The notes under the pieces: model-generated
Told to the model about the DNA's origin: nothing
Seen by the model: the letters and a program-made list of their open reading frames with translations, nothing else
The model's database searches: none
Part shown: piece by piece, positions 47,751-56,941 of the stretch
How positions within the stretch are numbered: the first letter of the stretch is position 1
Layout of the letters: each line of letters starts with the position of its first letter
From: Bdellovibrionales bacterium
Lineage (GTDB): Bacteria; Bdellovibrionota; Bdellovibrionia; Bdellovibrionales; UBA1609
Assembly: GCA_965203225.1 (NCBI GenBank)
Contig: CBDBBW010000007.1
Span: forward strand, 487,574 to 551,573
Direction of reading: 5' to 3'
DNA length: 64,000 nt
Translations under genes and position numbers: made by a program

Positions 47751-50501
47751 ATGTTAGAAAAACAGACACGACAAGAAATTATTGATAAGTTGCTTAAAAA
47801 AGCTGGCTGGGATGTAGATAATCCTTCACAAGTTGTTTCTGAACATGAGGTTTTTCATCAAATAGGTACGGTTAGTGGCGTTGGTTTTTCTGATTATGTT
47901 TTACTAGATAAAGCTGGCAATCCTCTTGCTGTTGTAGAAGCAAAAAAAAGCTCTTCTGATGCAAGAAAAGGAAGAGAACAAGCCAAACAATACGCAGATG
48001 GTTTTGAAAAAGCAGGACATGATCGACCTTTTATTTTTTATACTAATGGGAATAATATTTATTTTTGGAATGATTCAACAGATATACCAGGAAAAATTTA
48101 TGGCTTTCTTACAAGAGATGATTTAGAAAGCTTGCTATTTAAAAGAAAAGAAAAATTAGACTTATCTTCTTTGCCAATTGAAACCAACATTGCCGGTCGC
48201 CCTTATCAAATAGAGGCTATCCGAAAAGTGATAGAAAATTACTCTCAAAATAAGCGTTCTGCTTTGCTTGTTATGGCTACAGGAACAGGAAAAACCAGAA
48301 CAGCTATAGCTATTATAGATATTTTGATGCGCTCTCATTGGCTTAAAAGAGTTCTCTTTTTAGCTGATCGAAACGCCCTTCTAAGACAGGCAAAAGCATC
48401 CTTCACAGAATATTTACCCCATGCTCCTAGACACTGGATTAAACAAGGCCGGTTTCCTGAAGACAAACGAGTTTATTTTTCCACCTATCCCAGTATGCTT
48501 AGCTTATATCATAAAATATCACATGGTTTTTTTGATCTTATTATTTGTGATGAGTCTCATAGAAGCATTTATAACAGATACAGAGAAATACTGGATCATT
48601 TCTATTCTTATAAATTAGGCTTAACAGCTACACCAGTTGATTATATTGATCGAAATACTTTTCATTTATTTGATGTTGAAGTAGGCAATCCCAGCTTCAA
48701 CTTCAGTTATGAAGATGCTATAAACAATAAGCCTTCCTACTTAGTCCCCTATCAAGTTCTATCTGTGCAGTCTCGTTTTCAAATGGAAGGCATTAAAGCT
48801 GGTCAATTACCGGTCTCTGTTCAAAAAAAATTAGTAGCAGAAGGAAAAGACTTAGAAGAAATTGACTTTGACGGAACAGATTTAGAAAAGAAAGTTACAA
48901 ACTCTGGAACAAATGAGTTGATTGTTTGTGAGTTTATGAAGGAGTGTATCAAAGACGAAAATGGAGTCTTGCCCGGAAAATCCATTATATTTGCTATCTC
49001 TCACAAGCATGCTTTAAGGCTTGAAGAGGCTTTTAATAAAATGTTCCCTCAGCATAAAGGTCGTCTGGCTAGAGTGATTGACTCCCATAACCCCAGAGCT
49101 AATACAGAAGGAGGTCTATTAGATCAATTTAAAGACCCTAAAAACCCTCTAAAAGTAGCTGTTTCAGTAGATATGCTGGATACAGGTATTGATGTGCCGG
49201 AAGTTGTCAATCTTGTATTTGCCAAGCCTGTATTTTCAAGGGCTAAATTTTGGCAAATGATAGGAAGAGGAACAAGGCTTTGCCCCAATTTATTTGGTCT
49301 AGCTAAAGATAAAAAGAATTTTTTAATTCTAGATCATTGGAATAATTTTTCTTACTTTGAAATGAAGCCAGAAGGAAAAGAGCCTTCTACTAGCCGTTCT
49401 ATTCCAGAGCAGTTGTTTCAAACAAAACTTGATAAAGCAGAGGCTGTTTTGTCTCACTCTCTAACACATCTTAAAGACAAAACTATCCAATCTTTAAAAG
49501 AGGAAATCAATGCTCTGACTATGGAAAGTGTTCCTGTAAAAGAAAAGGCTGGACAAGTGGCTCAAGTTAAAGAAGAAGCTTTTTGGAAAAGCTTTAATCA
49601 AAATAGTATTGATTTTTTACAGAAACACATTTGCCCGCTTATGAAGACACAAATGGCTAGAGATTTTCAATCTCTGCGCTTTGATATTGATATTTTGGAA
49701 TCTCAAATTGCCGTAATCCACCAGGACGAAGAACAAATTGAAAAAACCAAAGAAAAAATACAACAAAAAATATCTGAACTTCCTTTAACATTAAATCAAG
49801 TCCGAGCGAAAGAGTCTGTTATCACTAAAACCAGATCACAAAATTTTTGGAATCAGTTATCAGAAGAATCTCTTGAAAGCTTAAGACTTGATTTGAGAAA
49901 GCTCATGCAATATCGCTCTCTGCCTAGTAATGAAATGGAAAAATTGCATTTAGAAGACATGGTTTTAATTAAACAAAATATTGAGTTTGGACCCGACATG
50001 GAACAAGCTGGTGTTTCTGAATATCGCAAAAGATTGGAAACAAAAATACAAAACCTTCTTTCTAATAATGAAGTTTTACAGCGTCTTAAAAAGGGTAAAA
50101 AGATTGACGATGTAGATATAGAAAATTTGGCCTGTATTTTACAAAGTGAAGACCCTTATATTACACTGGATAACTTAAGAAAAGTTTATGACAATAAAAA
50201 AGCCAGTTTTATTGATTTTATAAATCATGTTTTAGGGCTTCAAAAGCTTCAAACCCGATCAGAAATTATTGCAAATTCTTTTGATCTTTTTATAAAAAAT
50301 CATAGTGATTTCAGTTCGGATCAAATTCGATTCCTGCAAATCCTCAAAATTTTTGTGATTGAACGAGGACAGACTACAAAAGAAAATTTAACCTCTCCGC
50401 CTTTTACCAACTTACATCATGAAGGCGTTATGGGTATTTTTAAACCTCAACAAATCACAGAAATTTTATCTTTTATAGAGGAAATAAATGAAAAGCTTTA
50501 A
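47751..50501 (+). CDS. hsdR: Type I restriction enzyme R subunit (EcoEI-like, COG4096 type)
   Basis: N-terminal PD-(D/E)xK nuclease FSDYVLLDKAGNPLAVVEAKK, helicase motif I MATGTGKT, motif II ICDESHRS, and a C-terminal EcoEI_R_C-like domain (...FSSDQIRFLQILKIFVIERGQ...). Confidence 0.85.
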   Translation: MLEKQTRQEIIDKLLKKAGWDVDNPSQVVSEHEVFHQIGTVSGVGFSDYVLLDKAGNPLAVVEAKKSSSDARKGREQAKQYADGFEKAGHDRPFIFYTNGNNIYFWNDSTDIPGKIYGFLTRDDLESLLFKRKEKLDLSSLPIETNIAGRPYQIEAIRKVIENYSQNKRSALLVMATGTGKTRTAIAIIDILMRSHWLKRVLFLADRNALLRQAKASFTEYLPHAPRHWIKQGRFPEDKRVYFSTYPSMLSLYHKISHGFFDLIICDESHRSIYNRYREILDHFYSYKLGLTATPVDYIDRNTFHLFDVEVGNPSFNFSYEDAINNKPSYLVPYQVLSVQSRFQMEGIKAGQLPVSVQKKLVAEGKDLEEIDFDGTDLEKKVTNSGTNELIVCEFMKECIKDENGVLPGKSIIFAISHKHALRLEEAFNKMFPQHKGRLARVIDSHNPRANTEGGLLDQFKDPKNPLKVAVSVDMLDTGIDVPEVVNLVFAKPVFSRAKFWQMIGRGTRLCPNLFGLAKDKKNFLILDHWNNFSYFEMKPEGKEPSTSRSIPEQLFQTKLDKAEAVLSHSLTHLKDKTIQSLKEEINALTMESVPVKEKAGQVAQVKEEAFWKSFNQNSIDFLQKHICPLMKTQMARDFQSLRFDIDILESQIAVIHQDEEQIEKTKEKIQQKISELPLTLNQVRAKESVITKTRSQNFWNQLSEESLESLRLDLRKLMQYRSLPSNEMEKLHLEDMVLIKQNIEFGPDMEQAGVSEYRKRLETKIQNLLSNNEVLQRLKKGKKIDDVDIENLACILQSEDPYITLDNLRKVYDNKKASFIDFINHVLGLQKLQTRSEIIANSFDLFIKNHSDFSSDQIRFLQILKIFVIERGQTTKENLTSPPFTNLHHEGVMGIFKPQQITEILSFIEEINEKL

Positions 50502-50511
50502 GTTAAATTGC

Positions 50512-52004
50512 TCAACTAAAATTAATTTGGAAGTCTTTAATCATTCTTTCAATAACAGGATGATGAGGTATATAGCAAAACATTTGAAGGTTGCTGTCTG
50601 TTGTATCATACAACACATCTAAAAGAGGAAAAGAAGGGTTAACTAGACCTATTCTCACTAAACCTAAATGTGGACTCATAGGTCGAACCTGTTCCCAAAG
50701 CCTTAACCTTAATTGGCTTAAAACTTCTGGTTGTCCTTTTAATAACCTACCTAATTCATCATGAATATAGTCTGTTAATTTTATAAACCTTGTTCCCAAA
50801 GACAACTGAATAGGACTCCCACCGCTCCTAAATATCCAATCTAATTGAACAGCTATATTCCAACCCCCACTATATAACTGCTCTGGAGAAGTTCTTAATT
50901 CATTATGTGTAGCTATAACCAATGTTCTGGGAATAATTTGATAATTGTCAGTCTCTGGAAATGGACTATAGTTTGGAGCCTCCAGATGAAGAACAGGGTA
51001 AGAAAAATTATTTTTCTGGGCTGTTTTAATTTTAAATCTCGCATTAGTTCCAATATTATCATCGTGTATGTATAGTATATCACTTGAAGAATCTTCTAAG
51101 GTAATAGTAGGTATTTCCGATGAGCTAAGTTTATCTCTAAAACCCACTGCACACACAGCATGTGGTCCAATATCTTGATTTCTACTTTTCAAATCACCTA
51201 AAACAATAACAGGATAGCCTGATCGGATATAGGAGGCAATAGAACTCATAAATCGATCTTTTGTGAAATATTTTTGATTATTCAATATATAATCACCATT
51301 TTGAACCATAGGAGACAGCCCTAACTCTTTTATAGCTTCATATAGTTGAAAGTCAGTTAAACCTTTTGAGGGGAATGTTTTTGAGCCTAAAGAAGCTGTC
51401 TTATTTGCCAGCTTAGTAATCTCTGCCGTGGTTGGTATGGCATGAAAATCATCAAATGCAGAAGATTGAAGGGCTGACCATAAAGCAATTGTTGCACAAG
51501 CCCCTACCCCAGAATCTTGCTGTTGCCAAGCTAAACCTTCTACTTTTAATTTAACTCCGGCAACATGACAAACATACTCTCTTCTTACTGTTAAGCGGTT
51601 ACTGTTTTGCTCTTTGTTCCCATACCATTTAAGGACAGTCCGTCCAAACTGAGTTTGTATAGGTCTTAAAACACAAAAACCGAGATAATTGTCACTTAAA
51701 ATTCGTATAGAATTTTTATCTCCTCCAACAGCTTTTTCAAAAAATGCTCTGTCTATACTATCATCAGAAAAAAGTGAAACCTTTGACAGATATTTTCATA
51801 TCCAGAAACACTGGTAGAATAAAAAGATGAAAATTCAGATAGATAATCCCTATCAAAATAGTTTGGCTCTATCAATATCCTTTTTACATTTAAACCTTGA
51901 AGATAATTTAAAAGATACTGCGTTTGTTTTGAGTTTTTATTTTTAGTTAATCTCTCTTTACCTTCTTCAAAAGACAAAAATTCTAATGACTTGGGAGAGT
52001 GCAT
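50512..52004 (-). pseudogene. ~497-codon papain-like (Cys-His) peptidase-fold protein with an unassigned N-terminal domain, split by a frameshift in a homopolymer
   Basis: The track shows 83 aa (52004-51753) plus 265 aa (51309-50512). My translation shows the second frame is open from 51795 with no Met. One extra T in the T6 run (A6 on the plus strand, 51768-51773) fuses ...CQRFHFF to SDDSIDRAFFEK.... Catalytic-looking WQQQDSGVGACATIALW (Gln + Cys), GPHAVCAVGF (His), IHDDNIG. Confidence 0.55.
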
Positions 52005-52028
52005 GTAAATTCCTGATTTAACAAACTA

Positions 52029-52226
52029 TTATTTTTGAGGTTTAAACATTTTTGCCATTTCTTCTATTTCAGGAGCTGGCTTATTGATGTCAATGTTATT
52101 ATCTTTAATATGTTGGATTGCTTTTTCTATCTCCTGATGTGTGGGAAGAAAAGACTCATCCATATCTGCAAGAGTTGTTGTCCATAAAGACGACCTTTGA
52201 TTTTTTGCTTTCTCTGAATGTCCCAT
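52029..52226 (-). CDS. Small acidic hypothetical protein, 24 nt upstream of the peptidase-like gene
   Basis: 65-aa ORF on the same strand, tightly spaced. No recognisable motif. Confidence 0.35.
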   Translation of the reverse strand: MGHSEKAKNQRSSLWTTTLADMDESFLPTHQEIEKAIQHIKDNNIDINKPAPEIEEMAKMFKPQK

Positions 52227-52425
52227 AATCTCCTCCTGTGTCCTTATTTATATTGTAGCTCTTCAAATAGTCAATAAGTAGTTATTTCTGTTTTTTAGCT
52301 TAAAAATGGATGGTATAATTTCCCTAATTATTTAAAAAAAACTTTTAAAAACAAGGTAGAATCTTAATTAAATGTGGTATTATATATATTGACACTACCA
52401 CATTTAATAGGGATACTACCACATT

Positions 52426-53526
52426 ATGAGTTCTTTAAGCCCAAAATTCATTGATTCACTCAATTTTAACAGCTCTCATTTAGCCGATTTAAGAAGGCTT
52501 GGAGAATTTAGAGGAAAACAAGACCTTTTTAGTAAAAAATCACAAGAAGCTCTCAAAGTTCTTAAACAACATGCCATTATTGAATCTATTGAATCGTCCA
52601 ATAGATTGGAGCAAATCACAGCTCCTTATCAAAGAATCAAAGGGCTTGTAAATCAATCCACAACTCCAAAAAATCGATCGGAAAAAGAAATATCAGGTTA
52701 TAGAGATGCTCTTAATCAAATCCATGAGTCTTATAAACACATGGAAGTATCGGTTAATATAATAAAGCAATTACATACAATAATTTATCGCCATTTATCA
52801 GAGGACGGAGGAAAGTTTAAATCAGCTGATAATAAAATTATTGAAAAAGACCCTAGCGGACAGATTATTCGGGAGCGTTTTGCCCCTGTGTCTGCTCTCC
52901 AAACTCCTCAAATTATGGATAAGTGCTGCAAAAGTTACATAGATTTTTTAAGCAATACTAGCACAGACCCTCTTATTCTTTTGCCTCTTTTTATTTTGGA
53001 TTTTCTCTGTATTCACCCTTTTAAAGACGGAAATGGTCGTATTTCCAGACTGCTAACTCTTTTGATATTACACCGTCATGGTTATGAAGCGGGAAAATAC
53101 ATAAGTTTAGAACGGATATTTGAAGAATCAAAAGAAAGCTACTATAGAAGCCTTTATGAAAGCTCTCAAAACTGGCATTCAGCTAAGCATGATCCTTTCC
53201 CTTGGATAGAATATTTTTGGGGGGTTATGATTAAAGCCTATAAAGAATTTGAGGAAAGAGTTACTCATATTAAAGACACCATTGGCGGAAAAGGCTCTAA
53301 GGCAGAACAAATCAAATTTATTATTAGAAAAAAAATAGGACCCTTTTCTATTTCAGATATTGAAAAAGCCTGCCCCGGTATAAGCAGAGATTGGATTCGT
53401 TATGTTCTAAGAGAACTTAGAACCAAAGGAGAATTACAATCTATTGGAGTGGGTCGTGGCTCTAAATGGGTTTTAGTAAAAGGCTGGGGAGGCGGTTTAG
53501 ATTTTGAAGATAAAGAAGACTCATAA
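52426..53526 (+). CDS. Fic/DOC-family protein (AMPylase-type) with C-terminal wHTH
   Basis: Canonical Fic motif HPFKDGNGRISRLLT (HxFx[D/E]GNGRxxR). 366 aa. Ends 27 nt before hsdM-S. Confidence 0.85.
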   Translation: MSSLSPKFIDSLNFNSSHLADLRRLGEFRGKQDLFSKKSQEALKVLKQHAIIESIESSNRLEQITAPYQRIKGLVNQSTTPKNRSEKEISGYRDALNQIHESYKHMEVSVNIIKQLHTIIYRHLSEDGGKFKSADNKIIEKDPSGQIIRERFAPVSALQTPQIMDKCCKSYIDFLSNTSTDPLILLPLFILDFLCIHPFKDGNGRISRLLTLLILHRHGYEAGKYISLERIFEESKESYYRSLYESSQNWHSAKHDPFPWIEYFWGVMIKAYKEFEERVTHIKDTIGGKGSKAEQIKFIIRKKIGPFSISDIEKACPGISRDWIRYVLRELRTKGELQSIGVGRGSKWVLVKGWGGGLDFEDKEDS

Positions 53527-53553
53527 TCAGATCAAAATCATATAGAGGATACT

Positions 53554-56058
53554 ATGTTAGAAGCTGGCTTAAAATCAAAAATTGATAAACTTTGGGATCT
53601 ATTTTGGTCTGGCGGGATAGCCAACCCTCTTACAGCTATAGAGCAAATTTCCTATTTGCTTTTTATGAAAAAATTAGATGATCAAGATATTAAGAAAAAA
53701 AAAGAGGCAAAGTTTGTCGGGAAAGCTTATCGTTCCATTTTTAAAAACAATAAGGAACTGTGTTGGTCTCACTGGAAACACTTTGAAGCGGAGCAAATGC
53801 TTAATCATGTTCGAGACAATGTTTTTCCTTTTATGAAAAAATTAAATTCAAGCAGTAACAATGGATTTTCTGCCCAAATGAAAGACGCTGTGTTTATCAT
53901 ACCCAAGCCGAGCCTGCTTGTTCAGGCTGTGGAAATCATTGAAAGCCTTAAAATCCACGAGCAAAACCAAGACACACAAGGAGATATTTACGAGTATTTG
54001 CTTTCAGAGTTACAAACTTCCGGCAAAAACGGACAGTTTAGAACTCCAAGACATATTATTAAAATGATGTGTGAATTAACAGATATAAAAATAGGGCAAA
54101 CAGTTTGCGATCCCTCTTGTGGAACAGGAGGTTTTTTAATAGGAGCTTATCAATATATTTTAAAACAACAAACAAGCCCAAAGCTTATCACTGTAGATGA
54201 AGAGGGCGTGGAACATGGACTGGTAAGAGATAAAATCACAAGCTCAAAAGCATGGAGTCATCTTAGAAATAAAACTTTTTATGGTTTTGATTTTGATTCA
54301 ACGATGCTCCGCATTTCTGCAATGAATATGGCTTTGCATGGTATTCAAAACCCAAATATAAAATATTTAGATTCTATTTCTAAAAGCAATGAGGAGGAAA
54401 ACCGCTATGATGTGATTTTAGCTAATCCTCCTTTTAAGGGAAACATTGATAAAGGCGATATTCATTCAGACCTCAGTAGAACAGTTAAAACAACCCGAAC
54501 AGAGTTACTTTTTATAGCTCAAATGATGAGACTTCTTAAAATTGGCGGACAATGTGCTGTGATTGTTCCCAGTGGGGTTTTGTTCCGATCAGACAAAGCT
54601 CATACCGCTATTAGAAAAAAAATTATTGAAGAGGCTCAACTTGAGGCTGTGATCTCTATGCCTTCGGGAGTGTTTAAACCTTATGCCGGAGTTTCAACAG
54701 CCATTTTATTATTTACCAAAGGGGGAGAGACAGAAAAAGTGTGGTTTTATGACATGACAGCCGATGGATTCAGCTTTGATGATAAACGAAGCAAAATAAA
54801 AGAAAATGACATTCCTGATATTCTTGAAAAATGGAAACAAAGACACAAGTTAAAAGAGCCGAAAAAAGAAGACAAATGGTTTTTTGTGATCAAAAAAAAG
54901 ATAGTGAAAAACAGCGATTACAGTTTGAATGGAAGAATATATAAAGAGACTGTAGATTATAGTCAAACAAAATGGCCTATGGTGGAGTTGGGAGGAATTG
55001 CTGATGTAATCTCAGGACAGTCTCCAGAGAGTAAATACTATAACAAAAAAGGTGAAGGGTTGCCTTTTTATCAAGGAAAAACTGAATTTTCAGATATATA
55101 TTTAGGCAACCCTGTTATATGGACAAATAAGACTACAAAAACAGCACAAAAAGATGATATTTTAATGTCTGTCCGCGCTCCTGTAGGTCCCGTTAATATC
55201 TCTACAGAAAAAATTTGTATTGGCAGAGGTTTAGCTACTATTCGGGCTAAAGATAAAGTCAATATGAAATTTTTATTTTATTTCCTGAAATCTATTTCTA
55301 GTCAAATTAGAGGGGTGGGTGGTTCTGTATTTGATTCCATAAATCAAAAGCAAATTAAACAAATAAAAATCCCTCTACCTCCTTTAGAAGTTCAAAAAGA
55401 AATTATAGATGAAATTGAAGGCTATCAAAAAATCATAGACGGAGCAAAACAAGTCGTTGATAATTGGAAACCCACTTTAAAAATTGATCCTTCTTGGTCT
55501 ATAGTGGAGTTGGGAGAAAATTGTAATATTCAATCGGGTGGCACTCCAAGTCGTTCAATAAAATCTTACTGGAACGGTAAAATTCCTTGGATAGGCTCAA
55601 CAGTTTGTAAAGATAAAGAAGTTATTAAAGCAAAAGAGTTTATTACAGTGAAAGGATTAAAAAGTTCATCAGCAAAGCTTTTTAAAAAAAACACAACATT
55701 GATTGCATTAGTGGGGGCAACTATTGGCAAGACTGGTCTTTTAAAGTTTGAGTGTGCAACTAATCAAAATATAGCTGGTTTATTCCCAAAGAATCCCAAT
55801 AAGGTTTATCCGATTTATCTTTTTTATGCAACACAGAAGCTTTATTCTAATTTTTTAAATTTAGGAGAAAAAAATTTTAAAATGGCAAATCTTTCTTTTG
55901 TAAAACAACAAAAAATCCCTCTCCCAACTCTTGAAGTTCAAAAAGAAATTGTAGAACAAATTGAAAAAGAAAAATCTCATGTTGAATCCTGTAAAGAGCT
56001 GATAAAAATCAACACAGAAAAAATCCAACAAAAAATAAACGAGATATGGAAAAAATAA
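53554..56058 (+). CDS. hsdM: Type I R-M methyltransferase fused to a complete two-TRD specificity subunit (HsdM-HsdS fusion)
   Basis: HsdM_N (LWDLFWSGGIANPLTAIEQISYLLFMKKL), GQFRTPRHII, motif I DPSCGTGGFL, motif IV ILANPPFKG. From about aa 470 there are two target-recognition domains, each followed by the conserved helix LPPLEVQKEIIDEIE / LPTLEVQKEIVEQIE. Confidence 0.8.
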   Translation: MLEAGLKSKIDKLWDLFWSGGIANPLTAIEQISYLLFMKKLDDQDIKKKKEAKFVGKAYRSIFKNNKELCWSHWKHFEAEQMLNHVRDNVFPFMKKLNSSSNNGFSAQMKDAVFIIPKPSLLVQAVEIIESLKIHEQNQDTQGDIYEYLLSELQTSGKNGQFRTPRHIIKMMCELTDIKIGQTVCDPSCGTGGFLIGAYQYILKQQTSPKLITVDEEGVEHGLVRDKITSSKAWSHLRNKTFYGFDFDSTMLRISAMNMALHGIQNPNIKYLDSISKSNEEENRYDVILANPPFKGNIDKGDIHSDLSRTVKTTRTELLFIAQMMRLLKIGGQCAVIVPSGVLFRSDKAHTAIRKKIIEEAQLEAVISMPSGVFKPYAGVSTAILLFTKGGETEKVWFYDMTADGFSFDDKRSKIKENDIPDILEKWKQRHKLKEPKKEDKWFFVIKKKIVKNSDYSLNGRIYKETVDYSQTKWPMVELGGIADVISGQSPESKYYNKKGEGLPFYQGKTEFSDIYLGNPVIWTNKTTKTAQKDDILMSVRAPVGPVNISTEKICIGRGLATIRAKDKVNMKFLFYFLKSISSQIRGVGGSVFDSINQKQIKQIKIPLPPLEVQKEIIDEIEGYQKIIDGAKQVVDNWKPTLKIDPSWSIVELGENCNIQSGGTPSRSIKSYWNGKIPWIGSTVCKDKEVIKAKEFITVKGLKSSSAKLFKKNTTLIALVGATIGKTGLLKFECATNQNIAGLFPKNPNKVYPIYLFYATQKLYSNFLNLGEKNFKMANLSFVKQQKIPLPTLEVQKEIVEQIEKEKSHVESCKELIKINTEKIQQKINEIWKK

Positions 56059-56272
56059 AAAATGAAAATCCTCAAGTTTTACATGAGCTTATTTATTTTT
56101 ATAGTTTCTTTGTGTGTTAAGAATTGTAGCTTAGATAACAAATAAATTGAAAAGGGGTTAAACAATGGCTCTTATATTTTTCGATCAAAATGTAATGGAA
56201 AAAATGTCAAAAAAAGGACATCAAGCTTTTCAAAATAATGTAGATCTCCTTTTGAAGGAGAGAGCAAAAAAC

Positions 56273-56772
56273 AATGAGGAGGATAAGGTGGGACCATTAT
56301 ACAAGAAAACCGCATCTTGAAGATGCAACAAAGACGGAGGCTTCCGCGCGTCTGCTGGTTCTTTCTGATGAGTTGATAAGCATACTTAAGGCGATGAGGG
56401 GGGAAAACAGGGCAAGTGAGTTTTTATTTACAGACAAAAAGGGCGGGGCTTTAAAATACAATGCTATTCAATCGGCATTTAATGCAGGCTTTATAGCATT
56501 AAAGCTCCCTTGGCGCTCAACCCACATATAAGGCATTCCTACGCCACAATGGCTTTAATAGCTACGAGAGACCTATCTGCGGTTCAAGCGAGCCTTGGAC
56601 ACACAGAGAAAGTGTTAGGTAGTCAGACCCAACAGACTGGGCACAAGCGAGCCTTGGACACACAGAGCAAAGAGTCACTCAGAGGTATGCTAAAGTAGTT
56701 GCTCTTTTAAATAGACAGACAGCGGAAAAAACCACTAAAGCTTTTGACCTGTTTAATGGTGAGCTTGATAAT
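56273..56772 (+). pseudogene. Duplicate of the integrase 3' end (direct repeat of 45405-45846), degraded
   Basis: Near-identical to 45405-45846, except for a few substitutions, a 1-nt deletion (acccacatat-aaggc, about 56528) and a ~59-bp insertion (about 56610-56668) that includes a 24-bp local duplication. The track ORFs 56274-56531 and 56510-56698 are its pieces. Confidence 0.9.
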
Positions 56773-56941
56773 TGAGTTTTAAGCTCTCTCACTTAAATTG
56801 ATAGCTTGTTGGAAAGAAAAGAGAAAAAACACTGTGAAAATCACTGCAAGAAAAAAGCGGTCATAAAAAAACCTTGTATTTCCAAAAGAGCGGCGGGGTG
56901 GACGGTATGATTCAAACCGCTTTTTTTAAAAAAGAGGTTTT

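Noticed and set aside
44206-56800. Prophage interpretation of the integrase island
   Set aside because: There are no capsid, tail, terminase, portal, lysis or repressor-type genes. The content is exclusively defence (AbiE, R-M, Fic, peptidase cassette), so it is a genomic or defence island rather than a prophage.
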